The notes beneath the pieces were generated by a model. That model saw only the letters and a list, made by a program, of their open reading frames with translations. It had not been told where the DNA came from and made no database searches. Below, piece after piece: positions 8,295 through 13,432 of a stretch of DNA of 13,432 nt. The translations under genes and the position numbers were made by a program. The number at the start of each line of letters is the position of its first letter. Position 1 is the first letter of the stretch. This DNA comes from Candidatus Sumerlaeia bacterium (GTDB lineage: Bacteria > Sumerlaeota > Sumerlaeia > SLMS01): assembly GCA_038208905.1 (NCBI GenBank), contig JBBQYG010000109.1:1-13432 (forward strand), written 5' to 3'.

Positions 8295-10196
8295 ATGAGC
8301 AAGGTAATCGGAATCGATCTAGGGACTACAAATAGCTGCGTGGCCGTGATGGAAGGCGGCAGCGCGGTGGTCATTGCGAGTTCAGAGGGCGGGCGGACGA
8401 CCCCCTCCGTGGTGGCCTTTAGCAAGGACGGCGAGCGGCTGGTTGGCCAGGTGGCCAAGCGTCAGGCCGTGACGAACCCGGAGAACACGATCTTCTCCGT
8501 GAAGCGATTCATGGGCATGCGGTTCACCGAGGCGGAGAAGAGCGGCGAGGTGAAGCGCGTTCCCTACCGGATCGTGGCGGCCTCCAACGGCGACGCTTCG
8601 GTCGAGGCGCGCGACAAGAAGTACTCCCCGCCGGAAATCTCCGCGATCATCCTCCAGAAAATGAAGCAGACGGCTGAGGACTATCTGGGTCACAAGGTCG
8701 AGAAAGCGGTCATCACGGTGCCCGCGTACTTCAACGATTCCCAGCGCCAAGCCACCAAGGATGCAGGCCGCATCGCCGGTCTTGAGGTGCTCCGCATCAT
8801 CAACGAGCCTACCGCCGCGGCGCTGGCGTATGGCCTTGAGAAAAAGAAGGACCAGAAGATCGCCGTGTTCGACTTTGGCGGCGGCACGTTCGACGTGTCG
8901 GTGCTGGAATTGGGCGAGGGCGTCTTCGAGGTGAAGTCCACCAATGGCGATACACATCTCGGCGGCGACGACATCGACCACATCCTGATCGACCACATCG
9001 CGGCCGAATTCCAGAAGACCGAGGGGATCGACCTGCGGAAGGATCGCATGGCCCTCCAGCGCCTGAAGGAAGCGGCGGAAAAGGCCAAGATCGAGCTCAG
9101 CTCCTCCATGGGCACCAACATCAACCTGCCGTTCATCACGGCCGACGCGACGGGGCCCAAGCATCTGACGCTCGACCTGACCCGCGCGCAGTTCGAGAAG
9201 CTGACCGGCCCGGTCCTGGACCGCACCATCGAACCGTGCAAGAAGGCCCTTTCCGACGCCGGAGTGACAGCCGCGGATATCGACGAGGTGATCCTCGTCG
9301 GCGGCTCCACGCGTATTCCGTATGTGCAGGAATTGGTCAAGAAGCTCTTCGGGAAGGAGCCCAACCGCTCCGTGAATCCCGACGAGGTCGTTGCCATCGG
9401 CGCCGCAATCCAGGGCGGCGTGCTCGCCGGCGAAGTGACCGACGTGCTGCTGCTCGACGTCACGCCGCTGTCGCTCGGCATCGAGACCCTCGGCGGCGTC
9501 TTCACCAAGCTGATCGAGCGCAACACCACGATCCCGACGAAGAAGTCGGAAATCTTCTCCACGGCGTCCGACAATCAAACGACGGTGACTGTGAAGGTCT
9601 ATCAGGGCGAGCGCGAGATCGCGGCCTACAACAAGCTGCTCGGCAACTTCAACCTCGACGGAATTCCCGCCGCGCAGCGCGGTGTGCCCCAAGTCGAGGT
9701 GGCCTTCGACATCGACGCGAACGGCATCCTCCACGTGACGGCCAAGGATCTCGGGACGGGGAAGATCCAGAAGATCCGCGTCGAGGCCGGCTCAGGGCTC
9801 AACGAGGACGAGATCAAGAAGATGGTGCGCGACGCGGAGGCCCACGCCGACGAAGACCACAAGCGCCGCGAGCAGATCACGATCAAGAACAACGCGGAGT
9901 CGCTGCTCTACTCCACGGAGAAGACGATGAAGGAACTCGAGGACAAGATTTCCCCCGAGGATCGCGCCCAGGCCGAGTCGGCGCTCGATGAGCTTCGCAA
10001 GGCCGTGGCCAGCGACGACTCCGATGCAATGAAGGCCAAGACCGAGCACCTGTCCTCCGTGTTTCAGGGCATCAGCACCAAGCTCTACCAGAACGCCGGC
10101 GCCGCCGGCGCGGGTGCGCCCCCCCCGGGCGGCAGTGGTTCCTCCCCCAACGACGACGTGGTCGATGCCGAGTACGAGCCCGCCGATAAGAAGTAA
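8295..10196 (+). CDS. dnaK: Molecular chaperone DnaK (Hsp70), 633 aa
   Basis: Motifs [56 protein letters not shown], linker [16 protein letters not shown] and C-terminal DDVVDAEY. The true start is ATG 8295 after a purine-rich AGAAGGGGGCAGG; the ORF-track extension to 7770 is spurious. Confidence 0.98.
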   Translation: MSKVIGIDLGTTNSCVAVMEGGSAVVIASSEGGRTTPSVVAFSKDGERLVGQVAKRQAVTNPENTIFSVKRFMGMRFTEAEKSGEVKRVPYRIVAASNGDASVEARDKKYSPPEISAIILQKMKQTAEDYLGHKVEKAVITVPAYFNDSQRQATKDAGRIAGLEVLRIINEPTAAALAYGLEKKKDQKIAVFDFGGGTFDVSVLELGEGVFEVKSTNGDTHLGGDDIDHILIDHIAAEFQKTEGIDLRKDRMALQRLKEAAEKAKIELSSSMGTNINLPFITADATGPKHLTLDLTRAQFEKLTGPVLDRTIEPCKKALSDAGVTAADIDEVILVGGSTRIPYVQELVKKLFGKEPNRSVNPDEVVAIGAAIQGGVLAGEVTDVLLLDVTPLSLGIETLGGVFTKLIERNTTIPTKKSEIFSTASDNQTTVTVKVYQGEREIAAYNKLLGNFNLDGIPAAQRGVPQVEVAFDIDANGILHVTAKDLGTGKIQKIRVEAGSGLNEDEIKKMVRDAEAHADEDHKRREQITIKNNAESLLYSTEKTMKELEDKISPEDRAQAESALDELRKAVASDDSDAMKAKTEHLSSVFQGISTKLYQNAGAAGAGAPPPGGSGSSPNDDVVDAEYEPADKK

Positions 10197-10215
10197 CGGT
10201 CGGCGACCAGCGCAG

Positions 10216-10253
10216 AAAAATCGAGGCCCCCTTCCGCGAGGAAGGGGGCCTCG
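10216..10253. terminator. Strong stem-loop after dnaK (14-bp perfect stem, GCGA tetraloop); U-tract present on the minus strand
   Basis: CGAGGCCCCCTTCC-GCGA-GGAAGGGGGCCTCG (10222-10253), starting 25 nt after the dnaK stop and preceded by AAAAA (10216-10220). Confidence 0.8.
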
Positions 10254-10465
10254 TCGATCCATACGATAACGCTACATTCCCAGATTCAGCCATCCCGGCA
10301 CTTGCAAGGTAGAGTGAAGCACGTGGGGCTTGCCGGGAAGGAAACCAGAAGGAGCCCACGGCCGCGTTCCCGCACGGTCCAGCCGCCTTTTTGCTTTGCC
10401 CACGCCTCCTGCCAGCCTTTCGACTACGGCCCGGCTTTGGACTCTCTTTCCCAAGGATAATGAAC

Positions 10466-11923
10466 ATGAGCGGTACGGCGGATTTTGGACTGATTGGCCT
10501 GGGCGTGATGGGCGAGAATCTGGTTCTGAACGTGGAGAGCCGCGGGTTCACCGTGGCGGTGTACAACCGCACCACGGAGAAGATGCAGGAATTCATCGCG
10601 GGGCGCGGCGCCGGCAAGAACTTCATCGGCTCGGCGACAGTGCCCGAGTTCATCGCGTCGCTCCAGCGCCCGCGCAAAGTCATGATCCTCGTGAAGGCCG
10701 GTCCGCCGGTGGACGCCGTGATTGCGCAGCTTCTGCCGCATCTGGAGAAGGGCGACATCGTGATCGATGGCGGCAATTCCTACTGGCCCGACTCCACCCG
10801 TCGCTGCAAGGAACTGAAGGCGCAGGGGATTCTCTTCGTCGGCACCGGCGTCAGCGGGGGAGAGGAAGGTGCGCTCAAGGGGCCCTCCATGATGCCCGGC
10901 GGAAACGAGGAGGCATGGCCCCACATCAAGCCGATCTTCCAGGCCATCGCCGCGCGCGTGAACGACAAGGAAGTCGCCTGCGACTGGGTCGGCGACGAGG
11001 GCGCGGGACACTTCGTCAAGATGGTCCACAACGGCATCGAGTATGGCGACATTCAGGTGATCTGCGAAGCCTATCACGTGATGCGCGAACTCCTCGGCAT
11101 GACGGCCGACGAGATCGGCAAGGTTTTCACCGAGTGGAACAGCGGCGATCTCGAGAGCTACCTGATCGAGATCACCTCGGATATCTTCAAGCACAAGGAT
11201 CCCGAGAACGGAAAGGCGACCGTTGACCTGATTCTCGACGTCGCGGGGCAGAAGGGGACGGGCCGCTGGACGGTGGTGGATGGCCTCGACCTGGGCCAGC
11301 CGATCACGCTGATCGCGGAGGCCGTCTTTGCGCGCAACATCTCCTCCATGAAGGACGAGCGCGTCGCCGCGTCGAAGCTCTATCCCGCAACCCCCAGGCA
11401 CGATATCCCCGCACGCGCCGAACTGCTCGCGGCGCTGCGCGATGCGCTGCTCGCCAGCAAGCTGGTGTCCTATGCCCAGGGCTTCTCCATGATCGAGGCC
11501 GCCGGCAAGTCCTACGGCTGGAAGCTGAACAAGGGTTCCATCGCCCTGATGTGGCGCGCGGGGTGTATCATCCGCTCGTCGTTCCTCGGCAACATTCGCG
11601 ATGCCTTCACGACGGATCCACACCTGCGGAACCTGCTGATGGCTCCGTGGTTCACCGATAAGGTCCAGTCCTGCGAGTCGGGCTGGCGGAAGGTCGTCGC
11701 AACCGCCGCGCTCAACGGAATTCCCGTCCCCGCCTTCTCCAGCGCGCTGGCCTACTTCGATGGCTATCGCAATGCGGAGCTGCCGGCGAACCTCTTGCAG
11801 GCACAGCGCGACTACTTCGGCGCACACACCTACGAGCGTATAGACAAGGCCCGCGGACAGTTCCACCACACGAACTGGACCGGCGAGGGCGGCAGCACCA
11901 CGTCGTCTAGCTACAACGCCTAA
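10466..11923 (+). CDS. gnd: 6-phosphogluconate dehydrogenase, decarboxylating, NADP-dependent long form (485 aa)
   Basis: Motifs GLIGLGVMG, YNRT, IDGGNS, GVSGGEEGA, GHFVKMVHNGIEYG, QKGTG, WRAGCIIRS and QAQRDYFGAHTYER. AAGGA Shine-Dalgarno 8 nt before ATG 10466; an alternative ATG lies at 10460. Confidence 0.97.
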   Translation: MSGTADFGLIGLGVMGENLVLNVESRGFTVAVYNRTTEKMQEFIAGRGAGKNFIGSATVPEFIASLQRPRKVMILVKAGPPVDAVIAQLLPHLEKGDIVIDGGNSYWPDSTRRCKELKAQGILFVGTGVSGGEEGALKGPSMMPGGNEEAWPHIKPIFQAIAARVNDKEVACDWVGDEGAGHFVKMVHNGIEYGDIQVICEAYHVMRELLGMTADEIGKVFTEWNSGDLESYLIEITSDIFKHKDPENGKATVDLILDVAGQKGTGRWTVVDGLDLGQPITLIAEAVFARNISSMKDERVAASKLYPATPRHDIPARAELLAALRDALLASKLVSYAQGFSMIEAAGKSYGWKLNKGSIALMWRAGCIIRSSFLGNIRDAFTTDPHLRNLLMAPWFTDKVQSCESGWRKVVATAALNGIPVPAFSSALAYFDGYRNAELPANLLQAQRDYFGAHTYERIDKARGQFHHTNWTGEGGSTTSSSYNA

Positions 11924-13432
11924 AAGTCTGATACGGGGGCCGGGCTCCAGCCCACCTCGCGAGACATGCCGCCGATGGGCGCCGGGGCGTCCTCTGTATA
12001 GACAGGGGGCGCCTCGTCTGTTTCGGGGACCGCGGGCGCGGATGGAATGGAGGGGCTGCGACGCTGGAATTCGTCGTTCGTCATCGCGCGCCAGTTGGGA
12101 GGATCGACCCAATCGGGCGATCCGGGGAGCAGGATGCGCCCGTCGAAGGGATGCACCGCCGCCATGACATATCCTTCTGGGAGGATGAGGTTCGCCGCGC
12201 GTTCCTCCGGCGTCTTGGTCTCCCAGATCGCCGAAGCGATGCGCCCCCACACGGGGCCGGCGGCGCGGCTGCCCGTGCGTGTTGGGGCCAGAGGGACGTG
12301 CTGGTCGAATCCGATCCACACCACAATGGCCTCGTGCGGCGTGAAGCCCGCGAACCATGCGTCGCGATTGTCGTTGGTTGTGCCGGACTTTCCGGCAACG
12401 CGGTCGCGCAGATCCTCGGGCAGCAGGTCCCTGACCTTCGAACCCGTGCCGTGGCCCATCACGCCCTGCATCATCTGAACCATGTAGGCGTCGGCGTGGG
12501 AGGAGATGAGCTGCTCCTCCTCCGGCGGCTGGATGGTGATCGCCTCGCGGTCGGCCTCGTTCCACACGCCGCGAACAAGGCGTGGCCCGCGCGCGAGCCC
12601 GCCATTGCCGATGGCCTGGTATGCCGCTGCCAGTTCCAGGGGGGAGACCGCCGTCGTGCCCAGCACCACGGGCAATTCGCGCGGCAACGCCCACGCCCGA
12701 TCTCCGCCGCGCTGAAAGCGGCGGACGTAATCCAGCGCCGTGTTGAGCCCCACCGCCTGCGTCATCTTGATCGTGGGGATGTTCCTGCTGTGCTCCAGCG
12801 CCGTCTGTATAGACGTCGGCCCAAAGAACCGGTTCTCGAAATTGCGTGGCGTATATCCATCGGCAAACGACATGCGCGAGTCATAGAGAATCGTCCACGG
12901 CGTCATGCCGTTCTCCATCGCCGCGGCAAAGAAGAGCGGCTTCATGGTGGAGCCCGCCGGGCGCCGACCAAGAATCGCGCGATTGAAGAACCCGTTATTG
13001 GGATGGTCGTTGTACTCTCGTCCGCCGACCAGCGCGCGGACCTCGCCCGACTTCAGGTCCATCACCACCACGGCGCCCTGCATCCGCTGGCGGGGGAGCA
13101 GCCGCGCGCGGAACAGCCCGCGCTCCGCCTCGATCCCCGTGACCTCCACATCCACGCCGTCGCCTTCCGCCAGCGTCGCTCCCTTGGCGAAGTACGATGC
13201 CGTCGCCGCGGGAATGTCCACATCGGCGCGCCACGCACCCGGGAGCTCCAGCACCAGCGATCCAGAAAAAATCCGCACCACTTGGGCCATGCGGATCTGG
13301 CCCACGGCGGGCGGGCGCAGGAAATCGTCGGCGGCAACCTCCGCCATGTATCGCTCGCGGCGGCCCGTGAGCCACTCGACTTCCTCCGCATCGAGGGACT
13401 CGCGCAGCAGCTTCTCCGCCAAGTCCTGAGCC
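11920..13432 (-). CDS. Class A penicillin-binding protein (PBP1A-like), 3' part: OB/S1-like segment plus transpeptidase domain; 5' end outside window
   Basis: Transpeptidase motifs SxxK (GSTMK, Ser at about 12951), SxN (SRN, 12789-12781) and KSGT (12390). PBP1A-type segments QGAVVVMD..SGEVRALVGG, FNRA, PRNF and DAWFAGFTP...VVWIGFD. The frame stays open to the window edge. Confidence 0.88.
   Translation of the reverse strand, partial: AQDLAEKLLRESLDAEEVEWLTGRRERYMAEVAADDFLRPPAVGQIRMAQVVRIFSGSLVLELPGAWRADVDIPAATASYFAKGATLAEGDGVDVEVTGIEAERGLFRARLLPRQRMQGAVVVMDLKSGEVRALVGGREYNDHPNNGFFNRAILGRRPAGSTMKPLFFAAAMENGMTPWTILYDSRMSFADGYTPRNFENRFFGPTSIQTALEHSRNIPTIKMTQAVGLNTALDYVRRFQRGGDRAWALPRELPVVLGTTAVSPLELAAAYQAIGNGGLARGPRLVRGVWNEADREAITIQPPEEEQLISSHADAYMVQMMQGVMGHGTGSKVRDLLPEDLRDRVAGKSGTTNDNRDAWFAGFTPHEAIVVWIGFDQHVPLAPTRTGSRAAGPVWGRIASAIWETKTPEERAANLILPEGYVMAAVHPFDGRILLPGSPDWVDPPNWRAMTNDEFQRRSPSIPSAPAVPETDEAPPVYTEDAPAPIGGMSREVGWSPAPVSDF

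Noticed and set aside
10330..10350. CCGGGAAGGAAACCAG resembling SRP RNA helix 8 or a glutamine riboswitch
   Set aside because: The CAGG..CC-GGAA-GG-AAGCAG pairing and the long flanking helix are absent.
98..13429. Many long alternative-frame and antisense ORFs (e.g. 1384..2520+, 3286..4731+, 8382..9734-, 10424..12694-)
   Set aside because: They are shadow ORFs over well-supported genes, expected from GC-rich codon bias, and carry no family motifs.

Overview
GC-rich bacterial chromosomal window, mostly housekeeping genes. The DnaK carries the N-terminal insert typical of diderm bacteria. The kinase style suggests a PVC-like or candidate-phylum host, which is inference only. Gene order: Ser/Thr kinase with a zinc ribbon and about 8 predicted TM helices (-), clpB (-), a stand-alone carboxyltransferase resembling transcarboxylase 5S/OadA but lacking a biotinyl domain (-), a decayed KilA-N-domain gene (-, pseudogene), dnaK (+), gnd (+), and the 3' part of a class A PBP/PBP1A-like gene (-, runs off the right edge). 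No rRNA, tRNA, CRISPR array or transposase was seen. The most notable unexplained signals are: (1) a shared motif CAGTCyGGT-N5-TCTTGCAA with exact sigma54 GG-N10-GC geometry upstream of both clpB and dnaK; (2) a perfect 22-bp palindrome inside the KilA-N coding sequence; (3) a 4x9-bp ATRGAC-N3 tandem repeat upstream of clpB; (4) a dnaK-gnd spacer holding a terminator hairpin whose U-tract is on the antisense strand, plus a possible H-type pseudoknot. I cannot support a complete new multi-gene system from this window alone.
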